DNA from: a virus
Virus record (IMG/VR): IMGVR_UViG_3300031417_000416
Strand: one strand, 5' to 3'
Length of the DNA stretch: 64,000 nt
Shown: positions 56,752-64,000 of the stretch, in pieces
Numbering within the stretch: position 1 is the stretch's first letter
How the letters are laid out: each line of letters starts with the position of its first letter
Notes under the pieces: generated by a model
Told to the model about the DNA's origin: nothing
The model's database searches: none
What the model saw: only the letters and a program-made list of their open reading frames with translations
Translations under genes and position numbers: made by a program

Positions 56752-57960
56752 ATGACAATCAAGCTCACCATAGGGGAAAAGAAGCCCCTCTCCGCAATCG
56801 GGGTGGGACAGCGGCTGACCGTGATCGTCGATCATGGCGCAGCCGACCTCGACATCGCAGTCTTCTCGCTGGACGCGTCCCAGCGCATATCGGACGACCG
56901 CTACACCGCACTGTTCAGCCAGCCGGAGACGCCGGGCGGCGAGATCCGCATGACGAGGCCTGTAACGGGAAGCACGCAGTTCGAGATCGACCTGGCGCGT
57001 CTTCCCTCGACGGTCGAGCGCATGGTGCTCACCGCGACGCACGACAGTCTCCCGGTCGCGCAGACCGTTCCGCTGGTGGTGACGCTCGGGGACGCGACCT
57101 TCGACGTCGGGCCCTACCTCAAGCAGGAGAAGGCGGTAAAGCTCGTCGAGATCTACCGCTACAAGGGAGAGTGGCGTCTCGGCGCGGTCGCGCAGGGCTT
57201 CAGCGGCGGCCTGGCCGATCTGGTACGGCACTTCGGTGGCGATGTCGACGGAGACGGCGGGCAGACGACGACGCAGACGCGCGCCGTCGCCACGCCACCA
57301 GCTCCACCAGCTCCTCCGCCTCCGCCTCCTCCACCTCCACCTCCACCGCCACCGCCTCCGCCTCCGCCACCTGCGCCGGACATGAAGAAGGTCAGTCTGC
57401 GCAAGAACGAGAGCGTGAGCCTGGCGAAGCGGGGCGGCAGCTTCGGCGAGGCGATCCTCAACCTCAACTGGACGCAGCCGCGCGGCATGTTCGCCAAGGC
57501 GATCGATCTCGATCTTGGATGTCTGTTCGAGCTCGAGGACGGCCGCTGCGGCGTCGTCCAGGCGCTGGGTCATTCGTTTGGCAACTACCATTCGGAGCCG
57601 TATCTGGAGCTATCCGGGGACGACCGAACCGGCGCCATCTCGGCGGGCGAGACCATCAGGATCAACGGCAGCCAGTTCCAGCGCATCCGCCGACTGGCCG
57701 TGTTCGGCCTGATCTACGACGGCGCGCCCAACTGGAACGCGACCGACGGCGTCATCACGATCAAGATGCCCGACCAGCCCGAGATCGAGGTTCGCCTGAC
57801 AGGCGGCGACAACGCCAAGCGGCTGTGCGGCGTGGCGCTGATCGAGAACGTGCGGGGCGAGATGAAGATCACCAGTCTCGTCAGCTATCACCGTGACCAG
57901 GAGGACTACGCGAACAGCCAGGGCTTCCGCATGCGCTGGCAGTCCGCGACCAAGGACTGA
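56752..57960 (+). CDS. terA: TerA-like protein (degenerate TerD domain, poly-Pro linker, TerA C-domain)
   Basis: YRYKGEWRLGAVAQGFSGGL; about 20 Pro; NLNW..DLDLGC..VQALG..LSGDDRTG..GE. Confidence 0.75.
   Translation: MTIKLTIGEKKPLSAIGVGQRLTVIVDHGAADLDIAVFSLDASQRISDDRYTALFSQPETPGGEIRMTRPVTGSTQFEIDLARLPSTVERMVLTATHDSLPVAQTVPLVVTLGDATFDVGPYLKQEKAVKLVEIYRYKGEWRLGAVAQGFSGGLADLVRHFGGDVDGDGGQTTTQTRAVATPPAPPAPPPPPPPPPPPPPPPPPPPPAPDMKKVSLRKNESVSLAKRGGSFGEAILNLNWTQPRGMFAKAIDLDLGCLFELEDGRCGVVQALGHSFGNYHSEPYLELSGDDRTGAISAGETIRINGSQFQRIRRLAVFGLIYDGAPNWNATDGVITIKMPDQPEIEVRLTGGDNAKRLCGVALIENVRGEMKITSLVSYHRDQEDYANSQGFRMRWQSATKD
57313..57372 (+). repeat. CCN run encoding about 20 consecutive prolines
   Basis: Direct codon reading (mixed CCT/CCG/CCA). 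Confidence 0.9.
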
Positions 57961-58048
57961 CCCGAACCACCTTCAATGAATCGTTACCGGTCTACAGGAA
58001 GAAATCAGAAGGCCGGGACGAGATCGTCTCTCTTCCAAGGAAACCAAT

Positions 58049-59149
58049 ATGCTCAGAAACTTCATGGGCTCCATCGTATTCACGGTGGTGGCCCTCCTGC
58101 TCGCAGGCGTGCTGGGATACGTCGAGACGGGGGTCGCGCTCGCCGGCCTCCAGATGATGTTCCTCGCCGCCATTCTCGGCGTCATGGAGACGTCGCTCAG
58201 CCTCGACAACGCCGTTGTCAACGCGGCCATCCTCAAGGACATGGATCCCAAGTGGCAGCGCCGCTTCCTGACCTGGGGCATCCTCATCGCCGTCTTCGGC
58301 ATGCGAATCCTGTTTCCGCTGATCATCGTATCGGTCTCCGCCTGGGTGAACCCGATCGAGGCCGGCCGAATCGCGCTGTTCGATCATGAGCGCTACGAGC
58401 AGATCGTGACCGGCGCCCACGTCGGCATCTCCGGCTTCGGTGGTGCATTCCTGATGCTGGTCGGTCTGACGTTCTTCCTCGACGAGGATCGCGAGCATCA
58501 CTGGATCCCGTTCATCGAGAAGCCCCTCTCGATGCTCGCCCGGATCCCATATGCGCCGTACATCGTCAGCGCGATCGTCATCGGGCTCGTGTCGCTGATG
58601 GCGCCTGCCGAGGAAGCCAAGACGTTCCTCTACGCAGGCGGTGCAGGCATCGCGACCTACTTCGCAGTGCAGAAGTTCGGCGACTGGATGGGCGGCGAAG
58701 CCGATGCCACCGGCAAGATCGTACGCAGCGGCGCAGGGGCGTTCGTCTATCTCGAATTCCTCGACGCGTCGTTCTCGTTCGACGGCGTGATCGGCGCGTT
58801 CGCGATCACCAACGACATCGTGCTCATCGCACTCGGTCTCGGCATCGGCGCCATGTTCGTGCGTTCGATGACGATCGCCCTGGTCCGCGGCGGGCATCTG
58901 TCCGAGTACCGCTTCCTCGAGCCAGGTGCGTTCTACGCCATCATGGCGCTGGCGACGATCATGCTGCTCAGCATCCGCGTCGAGACCCCGGAGGTCATCA
59001 CTGGCCTGATCGGTGCCGCGTTCATCGGCGCTGCACTCTGGTACTCGATCCGTCACAAGCGCCTGAATCCGGACGACTACGCCGAGGACGGCGAGGCCGA
59101 CGCGATCATGCCTGACGGCAACGTCGTTCCCGGCGTCCACACGCGCTGA
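58049..59149 (+). CDS. terC: TerC-family (DUF475-type) integral membrane protein
   Basis: [54 protein letters not shown]. Confidence 0.9.
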   Translation: MLRNFMGSIVFTVVALLLAGVLGYVETGVALAGLQMMFLAAILGVMETSLSLDNAVVNAAILKDMDPKWQRRFLTWGILIAVFGMRILFPLIIVSVSAWVNPIEAGRIALFDHERYEQIVTGAHVGISGFGGAFLMLVGLTFFLDEDREHHWIPFIEKPLSMLARIPYAPYIVSAIVIGLVSLMAPAEEAKTFLYAGGAGIATYFAVQKFGDWMGGEADATGKIVRSGAGAFVYLEFLDASFSFDGVIGAFAITNDIVLIALGLGIGAMFVRSMTIALVRGGHLSEYRFLEPGAFYAIMALATIMLLSIRVETPEVITGLIGAAFIGAALWYSIRHKRLNPDDYAEDGEADAIMPDGNVVPGVHTR

Positions 59150-59156
59150 TAGAGAT

Positions 59157-59188
59157 ACGTCCGGTCCTGCGGCGGGAGGGCCGGACGT
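59157..59188. other. 12-bp intergenic hairpin without U-tract
   Basis: ACGTCCGGTCCT..AGGGCCGGACGT. Confidence 0.55.
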
Positions 59189-59221
59189 CACGGTTCCCGT
59201 CTTCAACACCAAGGAGTAAAC

Positions 59222-59842
59222 ATGGGTATTTCACTTTCCAAGGGCGGCAACGTCAGCCTGAGCAAGGAAGAGCCTGGCCTCAACGAGATCACCATCGGCC
59301 TGGGCTGGGACGCCCGCGCCACCGATGGCGGCGACTTCGATCTCGACGCATCGCTATTCGCGCTCGGCGCGTCCGGCAAGGTCCGCGCCTCGGCGAATTC
59401 CGCCAACGGCCTGACCGACGACATCGCGGACTTCTGCTTCTACGGCAACCTGAAGATCCTGAACGACGCGGTCGTACACAAGGGCGACAACCGCACCGGC
59501 GCGGGCGAGGGCGACGACGAGTCGATCGACGTCACGCTGAACGCGGTGCCGCAGGACGTGCAGAAGCTCGCCGTCGTGATCACCATCGCCAAGGCCCGCG
59601 AGCTCGGCCTGAACTTCGGCATGGTCACCAACGCGTTCGCGCGCATCGTCAACACCAAGACCGGCCGCGAGATCGCGCGCTACGACCTCTCCGAGGACGC
59701 GGCGACCGAGACGGCCATCATCATCGGCGAGGTCTATCGCCATGGTGCCGAGTGGAAGTTCAAGGCCGTCAGCCAGGGCTTCGCCGGCGGCCTCTACAAG
59801 GTCTGCCACTTGTTCGGCATCAACGCCGACGACAACGGCTGA
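59222..59842 (+). CDS. terD: TerD-family protein
   Basis: [58 protein letters not shown]. Confidence 0.9.
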   Translation: MGISLSKGGNVSLSKEEPGLNEITIGLGWDARATDGGDFDLDASLFALGASGKVRASANSANGLTDDIADFCFYGNLKILNDAVVHKGDNRTGAGEGDDESIDVTLNAVPQDVQKLAVVITIAKARELGLNFGMVTNAFARIVNTKTGREIARYDLSEDAATETAIIIGEVYRHGAEWKFKAVSQGFAGGLYKVCHLFGINADDNG

Positions 59843-59849
59843 TAACGCA

Positions 59850-59877
59850 GGCCATCCTGCACTCCAGCAGGATGGCC
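59850..59877. other. 11-bp intergenic hairpin without U-tract
   Basis: GGCCATCCTGC-ACTCCA-GCAGGATGGCC. Confidence 0.6.
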
Positions 59878-59952
59878 GCGTCTACCGTCCGGGAAGTATC
59901 CGGACGTCACGTGCGTACCAATCGCTCCGCAACACGAAAGAAGGAATTTCAC

Positions 59953-60537
59953 ATGGCAGTTTCACTCAAGAAGGGCGGCAACGTCTCGCTGACCAAGAGC
60001 GACCCGAGCCTCACCTCGCTGATCATCGGCCTCGGCTGGAATCCGCGCAAGACCGACGGCGAGAAGTTCGATCTCGACGCCTCGGCATTCATGCTGGGTG
60101 ACAGCGGCAAGGTCGCCTCCGATGCCGACTTCATCTTCTACGGCAAGAAGACCTCGGACGACGGCTCGGTCGTCTATGGCGGCGACAACCGCACCGGCGA
60201 GGGCGACGGCGACGACGAGAAGATCACCATCGATCTGGCCAAGGTGCCCGCCAACGTCAAGAAGATCGCGATCACCGTCACGATCGACGAATGGGAAGCG
60301 CGCAAGCAGAACTTCGGCATGGTCGACGGCGCGTATGCACGCTGCGTCAACGGCACCTCGAACGTCGAAGTCGCGCGCTTCGACCTGTCGGAGGACTCGG
60401 CCGGCGAGACCGCGATGATCTTCGTCGAGATCTACCGCGGCAGCGAAGCCGAAGAGTGGAAGTTCAAGGCGATCGGGCAGGGCTACGAGGGCGGTCTCGC
60501 CCGTCTGGCAACCGACTACGGCGTCAACCTGGGCTGA
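59953..60537 (+). CDS. terE: TerD-family protein (TerE-like)
   Basis: [45 protein letters not shown]. Confidence 0.88.
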   Translation: MAVSLKKGGNVSLTKSDPSLTSLIIGLGWNPRKTDGEKFDLDASAFMLGDSGKVASDADFIFYGKKTSDDGSVVYGGDNRTGEGDGDDEKITIDLAKVPANVKKIAITVTIDEWEARKQNFGMVDGAYARCVNGTSNVEVARFDLSEDSAGETAMIFVEIYRGSEAEEWKFKAIGQGYEGGLARLATDYGVNLG

Positions 60538-60592
60538 TGTTTCCCCATAAGATGGCGGTCTAGTCTTTGACTTCTCCGTCATCTACTGGCGT

Positions 60593-60623
60593 ATGCCGTT
60601 GCGCTTGTATGGCGCAACGGCAT
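60593..60623. other. perfect 12-bp inverted repeat (terminator or operator)
   Basis: ATGCCGTTGCGC-N7-GCGCAACGGCAT. Confidence 0.6.
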
Positions 60624-60654
60624 TTCGCTGTCAAATGACTTATTGCCGCGGAAC

Positions 60655-61980
60655 ATGATCATGCAGACGATGAAGCCGGGCGAGAAACGCCCCATCTCGG
60701 ACGTGACGACCGATCGCAGGATCCAGGTCGCCGTCACCCATTCTCCCGCGGACATCGACATCGCCGCCTTCGGTCTGAACGACCGGAAGATGATCGGCGA
60801 CGACCGCTACGTCGTACTGTTCAGCAACGAGCGCAGCCCCGAAGGCGCGATCGCCTTCGCGAAGGGCAGCGGCTCGACCGTCATCACGGTCGATCTCGAC
60901 CGTCTTCCCGCGGACATCCACCGCGTATCCATCACGGCGACGCATGACGACATGCCGCTGCGACAGGCGACCGCGCTCAGCGCAGACGTCGCCGGCGCGG
61001 TCACAATCGACGCCAAGCCCATGCTGGGAGACGAGAAGGCGGTCATGCTGCTCGACCTCTACCGCCACGGCGGCGACTGGCGGCTCGGATCGATCGTACA
61101 GGGCTTCAACGGCGGTCTCGCCGCCCTCGTAGAGCACTTCGGCGGCGACGTCGCAGGCGACGAGGAGGCCGCGGCACCCTCGCCGACACCCGCGCCTGCT
61201 GTTGCTGCTCCGGCGGCGCCGCCCCCGGAAGCTCCCCTGCCGACCGGCAAGGTGGATCTGCGCAAGCACAAGGTCGGCGTGTCGCTGAAGAAGCTCGGCA
61301 TCGAGAACGAGAAGGCCGACGTCACCTTCGTCATGGACGGCAGTGGCTCCATGGCCGGCCTATATGCGAACGGCACCGTGCAGGAGACCATCGAGCGCGG
61401 CGCTCCAGTGGCGCTACGTATCGATCCGGACGGCAGCATGGACACCTGGTACTATGCCAGCTCGTGCAAGCAGGTGGCCTCGCTGACCGCCGACAATCTC
61501 GAGGGCTTCGTCGCCCGTACGCTCCCGTCGCCCGGCGAGCGCATCGGCGGTATCGAGACGGGCAAGAAGGGCTTCTTCGGCGGCATGGCCAAGACCGGTG
61601 GAGAGTCCATCGGCTTCGGCAACAACGAGCCCGTCGTAATGAACGCGATCCTGGCCACCGAACCCGCCAGGCGTACGGTTCCCCGGCTCGTGATCTTCGT
61701 CACCGACGGCGGCATCGACGGCGGCACGTCGGCGGTCATCAAGGACATCCTGCGCAAGAGCTCGCGGCAGGCCATCTTCTGGCAGTTCGTCGGCGTCGGC
61801 AACGCGAACTACGGGGTCCTGCGCGAGCTGGACACCGTCGAGGGGCGCGTGGTCGACAACGCCGGCTTCTTCAGCATCGACGATCTTTCGGCCATCAGCG
61901 ACGACGATCTCTACGACCGCGTGCTCTCGGAATTCCCGGCATGGCTCCGGGCGGCGCGCGCGGCCGGAATCATCGGATAG
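60655..61980 (+). CDS. TerD-like domain + vWA domain protein (TerF-like)
   Basis: YRHGGDWRL..QGFNGGL; MIDAS DGSGS; VIFVTDGG, FWQFVGVG, VVDNAGFF. Confidence 0.85.
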   Translation: MIMQTMKPGEKRPISDVTTDRRIQVAVTHSPADIDIAAFGLNDRKMIGDDRYVVLFSNERSPEGAIAFAKGSGSTVITVDLDRLPADIHRVSITATHDDMPLRQATALSADVAGAVTIDAKPMLGDEKAVMLLDLYRHGGDWRLGSIVQGFNGGLAALVEHFGGDVAGDEEAAAPSPTPAPAVAAPAAPPPEAPLPTGKVDLRKHKVGVSLKKLGIENEKADVTFVMDGSGSMAGLYANGTVQETIERGAPVALRIDPDGSMDTWYYASSCKQVASLTADNLEGFVARTLPSPGERIGGIETGKKGFFGGMAKTGGESIGFGNNEPVVMNAILATEPARRTVPRLVIFVTDGGIDGGTSAVIKDILRKSSRQAIFWQFVGVGNANYGVLRELDTVEGRVVDNAGFFSIDDLSAISDDDLYDRVLSEFPAWLRAARAAGIIG

Positions 61981-61986
61981 GGGAGA

Positions 61987-62277
61987 ATGCCCGTGACAGA
62001 GGAAAACGAGAGCGTCGAGACGCAGGTCGAGCCGGCAGCGGAGGCAAAGAGCCCGGGGATCTACCAGATCGTCGAGGCCGGCGTGCTCGGCGTGGGCTTC
62101 GCCGTCATCTACGCCTTCGGCATCCTGCGCTTCTCGCAGATGGTGGCCATGGCATGGGGACCGCTGCCCGCGATCGGGATGGCCCTGTTCGGCGTGGTCA
62201 TCGCGATCGGCTTCATCGACGCGGTAAGCGCACTCATCAACGACACACGCAAGACGAAGGACGACGAGAAGGCATGA
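61987..62277 (+). CDS. small two-TM membrane protein
   Basis: GGGAGA RBS; two hydrophobic helices; ATGA coupling. Confidence 0.6.
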   Translation: MPVTEENESVETQVEPAAEAKSPGIYQIVEAGVLGVGFAVIYAFGILRFSQMVAMAWGPLPAIGMALFGVVIAIGFIDAVSALINDTRKTKDDEKA

Positions 62278-63290
62278 GGATCTGGTTCAATCAAGGCCAT
62301 ACCCTGTTCCAGACGCTACGAGGGATGGAGGAGCGCGTACCGGGAGTGACCATGCTGGTCAGCGCGAAGAACGCGATGTCGCCCTCGGCGATGGCCGGCA
62401 GCGAGACGTGGGTCGAGCCAGCCGATCTCGAGGGCGCCGACTATGCGCGCTGGGCCCTGGATCGCGCCATCGAGGCTCGCGTCGACGTCTTCTTCCCGCA
62501 GAAGGAGGTCCTGGCCATCGCCGACGCGGCCGACGACTTCCGCAGGGCCGGCATCCGCCTCGAGCTGCCGGGGTCGGCGGCGACGATCCGCCTGCTGGAC
62601 GACAAGGCCGCGATGTCCGAGGACCTTGCCGGAGATCCGATCCTAGCTCCCACGATCCGTGCCCGAAGCGCAGCCGAGGTCGACGAGGCCGTCCGGACGA
62701 TCCGCGCAGCGGGCGTCGACGCATGCGTGAAGCCTGCACACGGCGTGTTCGCCCGGGGCTACTGGCATCTGGTCGAGGACGACCTCCTCGAATGCCTCGA
62801 CGACGTCGGCAGCCGACGGATGCCGCTGGCGACGTATGTGCAGGCGGTCGAGCAGGCGGAACGACGCGGCGTACCCGTCGACCTCATCGTCATGGAGCAT
62901 CTCCCCGGTACCGAGGCCTCGGTAGACGTGCATGCACGCGACGGCGAGCTCCTGCGCGCGGTGACGCGGGTCAAGATCAAGTCGTCACGTCAGCTGATCG
63001 TCGGCGGACACGAGCTCGTGGAGACGGCCGCGAGGCTGGTGTCGCGCTATCGCCTCAACGGGGTGGTCAACGTCCAGTTCAAGCCGACGGCTTCCGGCGA
63101 GTGGCGAATCCTGGAGATCAACCCCCGAATGGCCGGCGGGCTCTCCTACGCCATGCCGGTGGGCATGGATCTGGCCGCGGACTGGGTACGTGCCGCGACC
63201 GGCCAGTGCATCCATCCAGTTCAGGATGCGTTCGAGCGGGTAATCAACTTCCACACAGAGGCCACCCTGCGCGGGAACACTACCCCCTAG
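62274..63290 (+). CDS. ATP-grasp enzyme of the Ter-associated type
   Basis: MRIWFNQG, DVFFPQ, LDDKA, CVKP..G..ARGY, MEHLPG.E.SVD, NVQFK, LEINPRMAGG. Confidence 0.8.
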   Translation: MRIWFNQGHTLFQTLRGMEERVPGVTMLVSAKNAMSPSAMAGSETWVEPADLEGADYARWALDRAIEARVDVFFPQKEVLAIADAADDFRRAGIRLELPGSAATIRLLDDKAAMSEDLAGDPILAPTIRARSAAEVDEAVRTIRAAGVDACVKPAHGVFARGYWHLVEDDLLECLDDVGSRRMPLATYVQAVEQAERRGVPVDLIVMEHLPGTEASVDVHARDGELLRAVTRVKIKSSRQLIVGGHELVETAARLVSRYRLNGVVNVQFKPTASGEWRILEINPRMAGGLSYAMPVGMDLAADWVRAATGQCIHPVQDAFERVINFHTEATLRGNTTP

Positions 63291-63332
63291 TGGGGATTCC
63301 CCAGCTGCCGAGAGCGAGTTAAGGATGAGAAC

Positions 63333-63881
63333 GTGAACGATATTTCGTGGCCTGTCTGGACACTGGAGATGACGCCTTCGAGCGCCACCTCCGACAGCTA
63401 CCCCATCGAGGTGGGCGTGGCCTGCTGGACGTCGCCCACGGCATCGGTCACGACCTGGTCGACTCCGATAGGCTCTGGGGGGCAGGAAGACTGGGGCGAG
63501 CCGCATCCGCTGCTGCTCGAAAGAGTGGGCATCACGCATGCCCAGCTCGCCTCAGCACCCCCCGCGGAGGAGGTCGCTCGCCAGCTGAACGACATCTTCA
63601 TGGCCGCGACGGTCTACGGACGAGGCGGCACGGTGGACGTGCATCTCGCCAACCGGCTCAATCTCGCCGCACGCGTATGGCCGAGCTACAGTCTGCGCAC
63701 GTGGCGCGACATCTGCGAGCGCCACCAGGACCGCGCGAGCGGTGCCTGGGACATCGTCCGGGCATCGGACGGCGACGCGGCAAAGAAGGCCTGCGGCACG
63801 ATGATGGGCATCGCGCACGTGCTGGGATGCAGGCCGGCATGCCGTAGCGTCCCGACGATGGCAGTCTCGCTGCCGATCTGA
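63333..63881 (+). CDS. DnaQ/DEDD-like exonuclease-fold protein, degenerate
   Basis: SYPIEVGVA..W...VGIT...L..A.PAEEVARQLN pattern, but ExoI reads TLEMT (first Asp lost) and ExoIII is not recognisable. Confidence 0.5.
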   Translation: MNDISWPVWTLEMTPSSATSDSYPIEVGVACWTSPTASVTTWSTPIGSGGQEDWGEPHPLLLERVGITHAQLASAPPAEEVARQLNDIFMAATVYGRGGTVDVHLANRLNLAARVWPSYSLRTWRDICERHQDRASGAWDIVRASDGDAAKKACGTMMGIAHVLGCRPACRSVPTMAVSLPI

Positions 63882-63918
63882 CATCGACATGGGGCATCGC
63901 CCCAGAAGGAACCATAAC

Positions 63919-64000
63919 ATGATCGAGAAGGCTGGAAGCCGCGTCGAGCTGTCGACGTGGCCCACGACGCTCGTCCTGAGCGCATCCGCCGGAGAAGGCC
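63919..64000 (+). CDS. hypothetical protein, 5' fragment
   Basis: GAAGGA RBS then ATG 63919; open to window end. Confidence 0.4.
   Translation, partial: MIEKAGSRVELSTWPTTLVLSASAGEG

Noticed and set aside
57960-58049. yybP-ykoY Mn riboswitch upstream of terC
   Set aside because: The 88-nt gap lacks the recognisable conserved core (GGGGAGUAG..., GUCAACA)

Overview
This is high-GC DNA of alphaproteobacterial character that looks like part of a very large extrachromosomal element, most plausibly a conjugative megaplasmid with phage-like modules. The host is possibly Sphingomonadales-like (inference). I saw no virion structural genes, transposases, relaxase or CRISPR array. The window carries: (i) a dispersed minus-strand array of 8 CCA-encoding tRNAs (Arg-CCG, the rare Arg-GCG, Arg-ACG, Tyr, Asn, Gly x2, His) interleaved with plus-strand ORFs; (ii) a dNTP supply set (NrdAB with a free-standing HNH endonuclease between the genes, a phage-type dNMP kinase, Ndk, a NUDIX-like enzyme); (iii) a rich DNA-processing kit (two ERCC4/XPF paralogues, one apparently active and one apparently dead; RNase HI and HII; three UvrD-like helicases; RecD2; Topo III; Rad52-family annealase plus a degenerate YqaJ exonuclease; a Toprim protein; SWIM-BRCT; VRR-NUC; a C5 methyltransferase); (iv) conjugation-related genes (VirD4/TraG, a VirB6/TrbL-like protein, a lytic transglycosylase); (v) a 1375-aa protein with DprA/SLOG-like domains and an ART-PolyVal-like protein; (vi) a ter stress cluster with ATP-grasp. 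A promoter-like motif, TT(G/A)C..N12-13..CATCCTATAAC, recurs at many operon starts. All family assignments come from motif recognition by eye; no searches were run.
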